A stretch of 63,926 nucleotides of DNA, counting the filler, from Olpidium bornovanus S191 (taxonomy: Eukaryota > Fungi > Olpidiomycota): NCBI GenBank assembly GCA_017911155.1. It is 28 parts of 28 records of this genome, joined end to end, with 100 filler letters (N's around TTAATTAATTAA, not from the genome) between each part and the next. Parts side by side here need not be neighbours in the genome. Positions count along the whole stretch, not along the records: positions 1 to 1,817 come from JAEFCI010006925.1; positions 1,918 to 3,599 come from JAEFCI010012025.1; positions 3,700 to 5,027 come from JAEFCI010012981.1; positions 5,128 to 7,253 come from JAEFCI010000111.1; positions 7,354 to 9,026 come from JAEFCI010008656.1; positions 9,127 to 10,407 come from JAEFCI010010041.1; 22 more parts are not named here. One strand, written 5' to 3'. Of the stretch, positions 1 through 10,507 are shown one piece after another. How positions within the stretch are numbered: the first letter of the stretch is position 1; every line of letters begins with the position of its first letter. Under the pieces are notes generated by a model. The model was not told the origin of the DNA. It saw only the letters and a list, made by a program, of their open reading frames with translations, and searched no databases. The translations under genes were made by a program, and so were the position numbers.

Positions 1-199
1 CATGGCCACCTGGCCTTTGCCACTTAAGGTAACGCCCGATGCCGCGAGATTTGCCTGTGTAGGAAGCTTTTTGGAAAAGCTCGTTCTCACTTAGTATTCC
101 GGGATCGGGGCGAATAACAACAGTGAATTTGGTGACACGACAGTGACTGGGGGCTGGACCATTTTGATGCCCGATCTTGAAATCCCGGATCTTCATTCT

Positions 200-620
200 C
201 AAATTCCATTTTGGTAGTCATTGGATAACTAATGAGCTAGCGAAAACATGTTTCTGACCACGTTGTCGCTCCCACGAAAATGACGAATTTCCAGGATGAA
301 TTGCATAATGACTCCTATCCATTGCTGCATGTGAGGATAATTCTTGGTCATTCTTACAAGCGTTGAGCAACCAGTCTCAATGACGACTCAACGTCCGATA
401 TCAGAGACGTGGTCTTCAAGCAAAATCGCCTTCACTGCAAATGATTCGCGCTTTGTCTTGCCAAATAGCTGTTGAGTTCAGCCATTATCATGGCATCAAA
501 TCACAATATTGGCTACTTATAAATACAAACCATTCATCTTTGTTGGTGGAAGTATTTACTTTGCAGACAGAAGTAAAAGTAGACTCCAATACACGAAGCT
601 GCAGTACTTAAAGTATTACC
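200..620 (-). pseudogene. Decayed Ty3/gypsy RNase H relic
   Basis: The minus strand reads TAASCIGV..., TKRESFAVKAILL...GR*VVIETGCSTL and MQQWIGVIMQFILEIRHFRGSDNVVRNMFS. These match the gypsy RNase H motifs TDAS, EKELLA, TDH and RW...I.Y..G..NVVADALS, with stops and frameshifts. Confidence 0.6.
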
Positions 621-687
621 GCATGACGGCCATCATTGACTTTCTAGTGGAAATACTCAGTCGGCACAACCAGATTGGCGTCGCCAG

Positions 688-1140
688 TTAGTATAATGCC
701 ACTGTCTGCTCACACACTGACGTATCTCCGGCATGCTGGGGTTGAACGCGGCAACCATTGGGAACGCTGACATACGAAGCTCGTCCCAGTTCGTCCGGGC
801 GCGAGGGAGCAGGGAGCAGGGGGGTCTTTGCGTAACCAAAGCGGTCTTTCAACTCGTGCCGAAGGTCGTTCGGCTCCTTCGTCTCCATGAATTGGTATTG
901 GCGGGCCGAGAAGTGGAGCTTGAGTCGGCGGCGGGCCTCAAACCTCGTCGCCGTTTTGACCTTCTGCACCAACTCTCTCTCTGGGTCCTCGAACGCTATG
1001 GTCGTGTCAAGCTATTCCGCCTAAAAGACCTCTTCCTCGGCCTCGGCCCAAAGCAGGTAGTTGGTAGTTCTCTGCAGCGAGAGTCTGGCACTGCAGGGCG
1101 ACCAGGTAGTCCGGCTGGACGGTGTTCGCGGCGGCGGCGG
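688..1140 (-). pseudogene. Possible degenerate retrotransposon gag fragment
   Basis: EARRRLKLHFSARQYQFMETKEPNDLRHELKDRFG resembles a gag helix motif (A..I.L......ktak.lW..LkerF). The upstream frame has two in-frame TAG stops and the fragment lies upstream of the RNase H relic. Confidence 0.3.
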
Positions 1141-1630
1141 CGAGCGAGGACGCGGTCATCTCGCGGGACGATGTGGACTCTCTGTGGAGTGCAGCTGGAT
1201 CGGAAAAAAAAAAAAAAAAGAGGCGAGGAGCGGCCGCCAAGAGGGACGCTGCCACGAAGATGGCGAGCTGGCTCCCGGCGGCCGACGACGCGTCAGCGGC
1301 GCGTCAGCGGCGCGGTGGGGAGCGCGTCGGAGGTGCGACGGGCGCGGCGGTGGCGGTGAGGGTCGGCGAGGGGCGGCGGCAAGGATGAGCGCGCCGAGCG
1401 CAGCTGGTCCTGATAACGCGTTGTGTTTTGATAAATTTGTGTTCAAATGGGCAAGGCACCATCCTAGACGTCGGAACATAGACCCACGGTGGAGGCTGTG
1501 GACATTTCTCCGAGAGAGAGAGAGAGCCCCGAGCGAAGCAAAGAGTGACCGGCAAACCCGCGGCCATCTCCCGTGACCGTCCTTGCTGCGCGCGAGGAGC
1601 ACCTCGGTTGTCGTCGCGCCCGGCGCCGTT

Positions 1631-1708
1631 GCCGTTGTCGACTAGCTCGTCGAGCTGCGTGAAGTCGCTGCCGTTGTCGACCAGCTCGTCGAACTTCGTG
1701 GAGTCGCT
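1631..1708. repeat. 39-bp tandem duplication (2 copies)
   Basis: GCCGTTGTCGACTAGCTCGTCGAGCTGCGTGAAGTCGCT is followed by GCCGTTGTCGACCAGCTCGTCGAACTTCGTGGAGTCGCT. Confidence 0.85.
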
Positions 1709-1817
1709 GCCGCTCTGTGTGGCGTCGCCGCGTCCGTCCGCCGCGCAGCGCCGGCCATCCCGCGGCGAGCGGTGACGCCGGACGCGAAGCTTGCATTACC
1801 CTTTGACTCGGCCGAGG

Positions 1818-1917
1818 NNNNNNNNNNNNNNNNNNNNNNNNNNNNNNNNNNNNNNNNNNNNTTAATTAATTAANNNNNNNNNNNNNNNNNNNNNNNNNNN
1901 NNNNNNNNNNNNNNNNN
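1818..1917. other. Artificial contig linker (44 N + TTAATTAATTAA + 44 N), first of 27
   Basis: Identical 100-bp blocks start at 1818, 3600, 5028, 7254, 9027, 10408, 12867, 14348, 16260, 19567, 22847, 25034, 26343, 29158, 30339, 40195, 41442, 44432, 47641, 49427, 52915, 54079, 55309, 57989, 59326, 61072 and 62417. The core gives stops in all six frames. ORFs containing X runs or ending in LIN are artefacts of it. Confidence 0.99.
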
Positions 1918-2739
1918 AGGCGACAGGGACATAGGCGCCCTTCCCCCTTCGGATCACATCACGCAGTCGCAGGCTCGCGCCAGCCACGCCTCCACGTCAA
2001 CGACCATACACGCGCTTGCCCCGGCAACATCTGGCTCCACCTCTGCCTCCACAACAAGTCGCAGGATCGCGACCGCCACCGCCCCCAGCAGTCATCGTAG
2101 CACACGGTCACGGACAACCGCCGTCGTCGCCCTTCCGTCGTCGACCTCCACCTCTTCGGTCCCCGTGCCCCTTGCTACCAGCGAGCCTTCCTCGGCGACC
2201 GCGCCCACGCCGCCATCTGCCAGTGGGTCTTCCTCGGCGACTGTTGCTCCCGGCGGGTCTTCCTCCAGCGGCAACGTGTCGGCTCCCGGCTCGGCGGCAG
2301 CTGACACGCCGCCCGCTCCTTAGTCGCAACGCCACTCCCCTTTCCCCTGTCCTCCAGAGGGAAACAAATTAGAAAAACCGGGAGTATGGTGGAATTTCGA
2401 GATCAAGTTTTGGAATTTGGTCGTCAAAACTTGGTCGCCCTGCTTCCTCCATTCGAGATCCCCCTCCGCCTTCAACCTGACGTTTGGAGCCTCGAGGCGT
2501 CACATTCCCTCTCATCGACCTAACCGTTCATAACTCCGCAGATAGCACTGTCAGCAAACGTGGTCGACGAGCGAGTATGGTCCAGTCCCGAATGCGTCCT
2601 CCGGCAATCTTCCGTGTCCCACGCTGCACAATTTTTTTATTTGTCCCGCGTCTCCCGATGGATATCCAACGATCATAGACTGCTTACGTATCCTCGACAA
2701 GGATCAGGGCGTCGTAGTTCAAATACGCTCGTTGTGTGT

Positions 2740-3599
2740 TAATCGTGCATTCTTGAGCGCAAGTCTGTTTCTTCTTCGTCGCTCCTCCACTCATCTTCTC
2801 CATTGAGCTCCGCCTCCAGTTGGGTCGGTCCCGTTCGCATCTCACCAGTTCGACGGCGGAACAGCCGGATCCGAGTTCCCGAATATCAAGTCTTTAACGG
2901 GGTCCCATCCAGCTCACGAAGGACGTAAGTTCGGGTGTCTCGGTTTACTTCGTCCACAACATAGGGCCCAAACCACCGAGGCCAGAGTTTCAGCTCTGTC
3001 CAAAACTCGTTGAATATTTGATCATTCCGCACTAGGACCCATTCTCCGGGTTCAATGGTTTGTTCCCGTGTCGTTCGGGCTAAGTCCACCGTCTCCTTTG
3101 CCTTCTCCCGTTCTTTCTCCAGTCGCTCCTTAGCCCGTTCAAGGTCGACTTCCCGTCTTTCTAGATGCCTGAGCCGCAACGCAATAAGCTCATCTGTCGT
3201 ACAGCCATCCTCCCATGGTAAGCCCGCCCAACTTAGCATGTCCATGTCCACCAGGAAAGGTGGGCGCGTTCCAGTTAGCAGCTCCGCTGGCATGTACCCG
3301 GTCGATCGGGACACCGTTGTTCGGTCTGCCCACAAAGCTAAAGGTAATTTCCTAGCCCAGTCCCGCAGATGACCGTTGCAACTTTTCCGCAAGATCCCAA
3401 GCAAACTACGGTGGCCTTGTTCAACCTTCCCATTGGCTCCAGGATTATAGGGTGTAGTCAGGTGCAATTTAATTCCAAACCGCCGAAGAAAGTCTTTAAT
3501 TCCGGTTTCGTTCAGCTCCCCTCCATCCCCTCGCAGAATATCCGCACATCCGTAACGTGCCATGATGTCTTCCAAGATGAATCGTCCAACAGGTTCCGA
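2740..3599 (-). mobile_element. Ty3/gypsy integrase (rve core plus GPY/F region), partial, with a premature stop
   Basis: ORF 2886..3575 contains RGDGGEL, TTPYNPGANGKVEQGH, WARKLPLALWADRTT and PRWFGPYVV. Homology continues past the TGA at 2886-2888 (LKT*YSGTRIRLF). Confidence 0.9.
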
Positions 3600-3722
3600 N
3601 NNNNNNNNNNNNNNNNNNNNNNNNNNNNNNNNNNNNNNNNNNNTTAATTAATTAANNNNNNNNNNNNNNNNNNNNNNNNNNNNNNNNNNNNNNNNNNNNC
3701 ATGGAGTCTGTCGTATTCTGTG

Positions 3723-3822
3723 AAAGAGCGCGAAAAAAAGCAAAAGAACACGGAACAAGAAAGGGAAAAAACAAAAGAACACGGAACAAGAAAGGAAAAA
3801 AACAAAGAACACAGAACAAGGA
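3723..3822. repeat. About 31-bp A-rich imperfect tandem repeat
   Basis: AAGAACACGGAACAAGAAAGG(G/A)AAAAAAC occurs about three times. Confidence 0.7.
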
Positions 3823-4921
3823 GGGGGAGGAGTGGGCACATATCTTTTTGTGTTTTTATAATTTTATAATTTTTTTGGTTTTTTTTTTTCAAATAAAGAG
3901 AAAACGCATAAACAGAAAGGGGGGAAGGGGCACATATCTTTTTGGTTTTTATAATTTTATGCTTTTTTTTTTTTTTTACAAAAAACAAAACAGAACAACA
4001 CAGCAGGAGCGGGGGGGGGAAGGGGAAGCACCAAAAAAAAATGGTTAGCGGGACGCACTTTTCCTTGGCAAACTTGGCGAACTTGGCGAACTTGGCGAAA
4101 AACCTCGAATAACTCCGCGACGCGACACCGGAGGTCCGGACGGGGTGAAATGACGGGACTGAGGGGAAAAAAAAAAGAAGGCCGCGGACGGGGGGGTGTT
4201 AACGCCTTTTTATACCCGCGGGGGCGGGGGCGGGCGCGGTGCGGGCCGGACGTCCGGCGCGTCCGAGGCAGGGCGGGGGAGGGTAGCGGGCCGGGGGAAG
4301 AGGAGGGGGGAGAAAGGGGCGGGCCGGGGCGGTGGACGAATGGCGGCGCTCGTTTACCGCCGCATGAACGCGCATGACGTGATCGCGCTAATTTGACAAC
4401 CGGGGTGGCCCCCCGGCCCCGCCCAAAGGGCGCCGCAGAAGCGCGTGCGAAAAACCAACCACTCGCAGAAAAGACGGCCGGACGGCGTTTGACGCCTGCG
4501 TCGCGCTCGCCGAGCTCCAGAGGGAGCCTTCGGCCGGGGCGCCCAACTTCGCTGGGGCGTGATCTCCACCCGACGTGTCACCTCGGACGCGCGCCGCAAG
4601 GGGGAGGAGGACGGCGCGCTGTGGCCAGACCTGCGAGGGAGAGCTCCGACAGGCAGAGGGCCGTCTACGGCGGGGAAGATGCAAAAAAAAAAAAAAAAAA
4701 AAAAAAAACGGGGAGAAAAGAGAGAAAGCCAAAACGAGGACGGGGAGAGAAGAGAAAAAGCGAATACGGGGGGGGGAAAGCGCAAAATGAAGAGAAAAGG
4801 CAAAACGAAAGGAAAAGGGAGACGCGAGGAAATGAGACGAAAGAAGGAGAAAGGGAGACGGGGCGGACCCGCAACGAGAGAATGGGAAAAGCGACGGGAA
4901 GAAGCTTCGGCAGCGACGCAA

Positions 4922-5027
4922 ATGGGGCAGGAACAGTCTACGTTGGTCTGCGACGCGGCAGCGATTGCGCGGGACCTCCCAGCAGAGCCTCGGGCGCGTC
5001 TCCTCTCGCTCATCGGGGCCGCCATCG
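4922..5027 (+). CDS. Putative 5' end of an unknown gene with an N-myristoylation-like start
   Basis: ATG at 4922 gives MGQEQSTLVCDAAAIARDLPAEPRARLLSLIGAAI, an MGxxxS pattern, open to the contig end and downstream of promoter-like sequence. Confidence 0.3.
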
Positions 5028-5127
5028 NNNNNNNNNNNNNNNNNNNNNNNNNNNNNNNNNNNNNNNNNNNNTTAATTAATTAANNNNNNNNNNNNNNNNN
5101 NNNNNNNNNNNNNNNNNNNNNNNNNNN

Positions 5128-5247
5128 CAAATGCCGAAGGTAGTTCTGGACGTGCGGCATCGGAGAGAACTTGTACTCGGTTTTCGCCAAGTCCGTGATG
5201 TCGCGCGCCCTTCGCGCCATCATCCGCAGCTTGTCGAAGTTGATCAT
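5128..5247 (-). CDS. RasGEF (Cdc25-type) domain C-terminal segment, partial
   Basis: MINFDKLRMMARRARDITDLAKTEYKFSPMPHVQNYL matches the RasGEF/RapGEF end motif LINFeKxRMxA...Y.f.p...vQ.YL. Confidence 0.55.
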
Positions 5248-6040
5248 GATGATGATGACGATGACGACGGCGACGACGGTGATAATGAGCACAACGGGGG
5301 TAGGCGGAGAGGCCCCCTTCCTTTCCTCGCATCCCCTCTTAATCGGGGCGGCGGGTTGGGGGGGGGGGAGCGGGAGCGCACTCACTGTCTCATTTGCTGA
5401 GAGAGGGACGACACGTCCGCAGGCGAGACGGCGGCCATGACTGTGGCTTGCGCGCGGGGGCGGGGGGAGAGGGGTGCCAGAGTGGGAGAGAATGTGTTTA
5501 AGTCGCTGCTCGCCGGGAGTGTGTGCGGTGTGTGTGTGTGTGCGCCGGCTTGCCGGGGCGGGGTTGGTGTGAGTGAGTGAGGATGTGTGTGTGTGGCAGT
5601 TGGGGGAGGTTGTGCGAGTTTTTTTTTTTTTCCTGATCGGATCAAAGCGGGTGACGGAGGAGGGTGTATTGATAAGATGCCCAGATTTGATTGATTGATG
5701 GTTGTGATGAAGATTTTGCGGTGCTGCCGCTGCTGATGACGATGACGATGATGACGGGGAAAGGGGACCGGGCGGAGATGAATGCGCGTCCTCCTCCCCT
5801 CCTCCCTCCTTCGCTCCGTCGCTTCTTCGCTTCCTCCGCAGGTCGGGGGGAAGCGGAGGGGGGAAGTTTTTGTTGTAGTTTGGCGAGATTTTTTTTTTTC
5901 TGCGCCGAAGGCCGCGAAACCTTCGCGCTCTGGCCTCGCTCGTCCCCTCCGCCCCCGCGGTGTCAACAACAACGCGTTCGGCCGGCCCCTTTCCCCCCAC
6001 CGCACCACCCCACCGCCGCCCCGCCGCCGCCGTCGCAGAA

Positions 6041-7147
6041 ATGTCCAATGCCACCTACACGGCGGCCGTCAATAGCGCCACCGACGCCCTGAACGAGCAG
6101 CTCGAGTATGAGCAGCTCAACGAGCCCGCGCTGAAAAGCGCCGACCGCCGGTCCGCCATCGAACAGACCGCAACCTCCTACGTCAGATACATCCGCATAT
6201 TCCAGCGCCTCGAGGTCCGTTCTGTGGCGGAAAAAATAAAGGAAAAAAAAAGGGAGAAATGGGTGTTTGACGAAGGCCGGCGGCCGACTGAGCGGACGCG
6301 TGCGCGCGTGTGGTGCGCCTCACAAACTCCCGCCCCCCTTCCTCTCCTCCTTTCTCGCTCTCCCTCTCTCTATTCCGCGCGCGCTTTCCCCGCCGGAAAC
6401 GGCCTCATCCCCCCCGGAAACGGCAGACGGCGTACGACCAAATGGTTCACCCGCAGAAGCGCCTCGTGCTACGAGCAACCGTCGACGCTGTCCTCGGACG
6501 ACTCCTCGAGATGAAGCATGTGCGCGCTGGTGCACGCTGGACGGCAAACTGGGCCCCATCTTCTTTCCCACGCCCGCAGCCCCCCACAGTTTTCGCTGAA
6601 ACGAAAAAAAAAATAATCCTTTTTTCCCCTTCCCGCTTGGATCTCTGCAGGAGCTCGTGAGCTTGGAAGCGGCCGACATGCACAATTACGCGGACGTGCT
6701 CATGGATCTCAAGCTCAACCACGAAGACATCGAACTGCCCGTCCCGAAGTACACGATGGCGGAGAGGGGGGAAAAGATCCAGGCGCGGGACGCACTGCTC
6801 GTGAGTCGCGCGGTCCCGGCCGGAAACCGCCCTCCGCGCGCGGTTCTTTCGGCGCGCCCGCGGGTTTCTGTGGGGGGAAGGGCTCGGGGTGAGGGAGGGT
6901 GGGGGGCGCGAGCGCGCCCTCCGGGTTTCGTTCACGGCAAATTTGGTCCCGCGAGCACCGCTGCTTCCCGGTTGACGGAGAAGCGATTCGACTGCCGGCA
7001 GGAGAGGTTCAGCGCCAAGTCGGTGGAACAGTTCAGCGCGCCGGCCCAGGCGGCGGCGATGAGGATCGAAGACGCAGTCAAAGTGCTGCAGATCAACGAA
7101 CGAGGCCGCCAAGCCAGGCAACGCGCGAAGTACATGCGGGACATCAA
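6041..7147 (+). CDS. IQCA1: Dynein regulatory complex protein 11 (IQ and AAA domain protein), 5' part
   Basis: Exons 6041-6214, 6427-6519, 6651-6800 and 7002-7147, all GT-AG. They give MSNATY..YVRYIRIFQRLETAYDQMVHPQKRLVL..LGRLLEMKHELV..DLKL..PVPKY..DAVKVLQINERGRQARQRA, colinear with the IQCA1 N-terminus. Confidence 0.88.
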
Positions 7148-7353
7148 GTGAGCGGGCCGGCTCCCTCGGTTTTTTTCCCCTGCTTGCGTGCGTTTTCAAA
7201 CTCTCTCGCCCGGGGACCCGCTTCCGGGGCTCTCGCGCGGCTGACAACCCCCCNNNNNNNNNNNNNNNNNNNNNNNNNNNNNNNNNNNNNNNNNNNNTTA
7301 ATTAATTAANNNNNNNNNNNNNNNNNNNNNNNNNNNNNNNNNNNNNNNNNNNN

Positions 7354-8311
7354 CACAAGAAAAACTTGCTGCTCCTCGGTGAGGACCGCTTCCTCACGAC
7401 GGTCATGTTGCGCAAATTTCCGAAACGGAAGATGATCTTCGTTCCCAAGGCGGTCTGCAAGACCGTCGTCCCGGCCCGCTTCCAGATCCTCCTGTCCCAG
7501 CGACGCCGGTGGATCAACTCGACCGTCCACAACCTGTTCGAGCTGCTCTTCGTGGGGGAATTGTGCGGGACGTTCTGCTTTTCCATGCAGTTTGTCGTGT
7601 TACTGGAGATGATCGGCACTCTGACGTTACCGGCGGCTTTTGTTCTCAGCATGTACGCGGCGTGTTTGCTGTTTCGCCGCCGGGTGACCCTAACAATAAC
7701 CGGCGCCAAAAAAAAATAAAAAACCGCCCACCGACAGGATACTGGTCGTCGTCTCCGTAGCCGGAACCAACGTCTCGGGGATCCCGCTCGTCCTCCTGTT
7801 CGCCATCCTGGGGCTCCCGATGTTCCTGATCCTGCTCACGATGCGCAAGGCTGTCTATGTCTACTGGATGGCCGTCTACCTTTTCGCCCTCCCGATCTGG
7901 AACCTCGTGCTGCCCGTGTACGCGTACTGGCACTTCGACGATTTCTCCTGGGGCAAAACGCGGAAGGTTGCGGGCGAGAAGGGCGGGTCGGACCACGGCG
8001 CGGCGGGAGGGGAGCTCGATCCGGGCGGCAGCGTCCCGTGCAAGAGGTGGCACGAGTGGGAGCGGGAGCGCCTGGCACGGTCGGCGCGCGGAGGTGCACG
8101 CCCCGGCGTCTGGTCGACGCCCGCGAGCGCGGGGGGGGCGGCGGCGTGGGACTGGAGCAGGGGCATGGGCGGCGCGCAGAGCACCGGCGGGAGGGGAGGG
8201 GCGAGGGGCGAAGAAGAAGAGCGGGGTTCCGAGTCCAACGCGGAGACCGCGGGAACCCTGGTGGACACCGTGAACAGTCTGGACGCGTTGGGAGAGGGAC
8301 GAGAAGGATAG
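7354..8311 (+). CDS. CHS3: Chitin synthase, class IV (Chs3-like), C-terminal part
   Basis: [42 protein letters not shown] and [12 protein letters not shown] motifs. Exons 7354-7652 and 7738-8311. The 85-nt intron has a CTAAC branch site. Confidence 0.95.
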
Positions 8312-9197
8312 GAACAGATAAACAACGAAAAGAAAACAAAACAAAAAAAAAAATTAAGAACGCAAATACGAGGGGGTATATAGACTCTGCCAAACCATAG
8401 ATCCGTAAAGCGCGTGACCTTTCCCGCATCGTAAACAAACGGCCCCTCCGTAGCCTTCTCCCCTTCCTCACCGCCTTTCTTTCAAAATAAAAAGGTAAAA
8501 TTCAACCATAGGAGGCGTCGGGCAGCAGACTCTTCATGGTTGCACCTTTCTTCTCTCCAAAGGTCATGAACCCAACAACTCCCGCCGTCCAAAACAGCGG
8601 CGTCTCCGTGGCTTCAAAAGTCTCCGGGGCGCACTTCCTCCGCAACGCGGGTCACCGTCGTTGGAGTCCTTAGACGGTTTTCTTCTGCAGCACGAAACGT
8701 CGCTGGAGCATTTTTCCCAACGAGTTCGAGGTAAGTGCAGCTAAGCCCAACGTACGCCTTACCAGAGAAACTTTCTCATTCAGTGCCGAAGCGCGCCAAC
8801 AGAACACATGCTCGCCAAAGAAACCCAAACCGCCACGACAGCGCGAGGGAACGACGGTCAAGTGACGGCGCGACAATGACATCGCCAAACAAAAAAAAAC
8901 ATGCAGCTTCGACAGATTCTTTCTCTTCTTTGTGCACAGCAGAAACAAAAAGGCGGACATGAGTTCCGACAGCGAGGGCAAGCACAGTTACAGACATCGT
9001 GAGTGCGAAAGGATTCCCCCCCCCCCNNNNNNNNNNNNNNNNNNNNNNNNNNNNNNNNNNNNNNNNNNNNTTAATTAATTAANNNNNNNNNNNNNNNNNN
9101 NNNNNNNNNNNNNNNNNNNNNNNNNNACAGAGAAGCCGCTGAGATGGTCGTACACGAAGATACCCGAATGTCAACGAGTCAGATGACGTGAAAAACG

Positions 9198-9314
9198 AAC
9201 AGGAATGGGACGAAGAGGAGGGAGTGGACAACTGGTATAAAAACATGATGTGGAAGACAAACAGGTAATGGGACGAAGAGGATGGGGCGGACAATTGGTA
9301 TAAAAATCTGATGG
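9198..9314. repeat. About 62-bp imperfect direct repeat (2 copies)
   Basis: AACAGG(T)AATGGGACGAAGAGGA..GG.G.GGACAA.TGGTATAAAAA occurs twice. Confidence 0.75.
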
Positions 9315-9790
9315 ATAACGTGTTCGAAAACTCCCAATGGGGTGCTTAGGGTTACATTCTGTCATTTGCATACGCAGTGACCGGTTCTATCGCCCACAAT
9401 AAAAACGAACGCATTTGGACTATATGACGTTGGTGTTGCGCGACCTGCATACAAAGTGTACGACATTGTGCGGCGAAACACATGCCGCTATCGCCGAAAT
9501 GCGGGCCAAGTTGCAGGCACTGCCGAGTTGCAGTCGCTCATCGACACAGCGGACAACATGGTCGGCGCTCTTGTGGCGAGCACGTCGTTCTTCGTTGCGC
9601 TGTCCGGCCTGCTGACGTCGAATACTCCGTCAGTGGCGCTGACCGGCCGTGCCGCCGTTGGTCCGAACTGTCGAAGGCGCGTTGCAGATAGAACCGTTAG
9701 TGCCGCACATTACCGAACTTAAGGCTGCCGTTCGCGAGGTCACTGAAGCGCCCGCACCAGCCGCGGCCGGCGAAGCGAGCAGTGAGGGAC

Positions 9791-9826
9791 GAATGAGACG
9801 AATGAGACGAATGAGACGAATGAGAC
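9791..9826. repeat. 9-bp tandem repeat (GAATGAGAC)x4
   Basis: Direct reading of the sequence. Confidence 0.9.
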
Positions 9827-10507
9827 GAGGATTGCTAAAGCGCAGCAGCAACAGCAGCAGCAGGCGGGCTGTGCGACTGTGGTAAGAGCATCAGTGGCCG
9901 CAATGGCGGGATGCCCGGAAGCAGGAAGTTATCAGGCTGAGAACTGCGACAGCTGAGATGCTCGCTCTGCAGCCCGCACAGCCGGTGAATGAGATGCCGG
10001 GCGAGAGTGTAGCAGTGCCCGAGGCAACAGAGGCAAGTGAGACCGGAGATGTGTTCGAAGCAGTAAACTTCGGAATCGAAGAGCAGCTTGAACGTGTCGG
10101 TGGTGGCAGCGGCGTCAGGATGCTGGCTGTCCCCGCGGCGGCTCCGATGGTGACGACGAGGCTGCAGGAGACACAGCGTCGCCAAGGGCAGGAAAAGCAG
10201 CAGCAACAACAGCAGTGGCAGCAGCAAAAGCCAAGTAGCGTCACCGGCTACAGCGCGACAGCGGCATACAGTGGAATTGCGTCGCACATGACGCCAGGAT
10301 GACCTGTGCCCAGATTCGAGGCTAATAAGTCCGTCGAAACCTTTCGGAAACGAATCAATCTCGGCAAGACCGGCACCACCAAGTCCAGCAGAAGCACTGG
10401 CTCGGGCNNNNNNNNNNNNNNNNNNNNNNNNNNNNNNNNNNNNNNNNNNNNTTAATTAATTAANNNNNNNNNNNNNNNNNNNNNNNNNNNNNNNNNNNNN
10501 NNNNNNN

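Noticed and set aside
1012-1024. Two in-frame TAG codons in EEEVF*AE*LDTT suggesting TAG-to-Gln reassignment
   Set aside because: All conserved genes here (FAS1, CEF1, MUS81, RRP43, YOP1) have no internal stops, and TAG is a true stop in CHS3 and YOP1. The region is a decayed repeat.
1862-1873. TTAATTAATTAA palindrome repeated 27 times
   Set aside because: It is a synthetic linker inside N runs, not a CRISPR repeat or regulatory site.
1918-2325. Ser/Thr-rich frame resembling a mucin-like C-terminus
   Set aside because: It is low-complexity, needs a frameshift and has no diagnostic motif.
4354-5083. Long Lys/Arg/Phe-rich ORFs (also at 16673-17582, 28117-28656 and 50598-51420)
   Set aside because: They are translations of homopolymer runs in GC-rich intergenic or promoter DNA.
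8690-9026. Exon-like pieces (STKRRWSIFPNEFE|GTAAGT and RNKKADMSSDSEGK)
   Set aside because: A gene start is plausible, but I could not build a consistent model or assign a family.
9400-10407. Broken Ala/Glu/Gln-rich frames, possibly gag-like
   Set aside because: There is no diagnostic capsid or knuckle motif, so the evidence is too weak.
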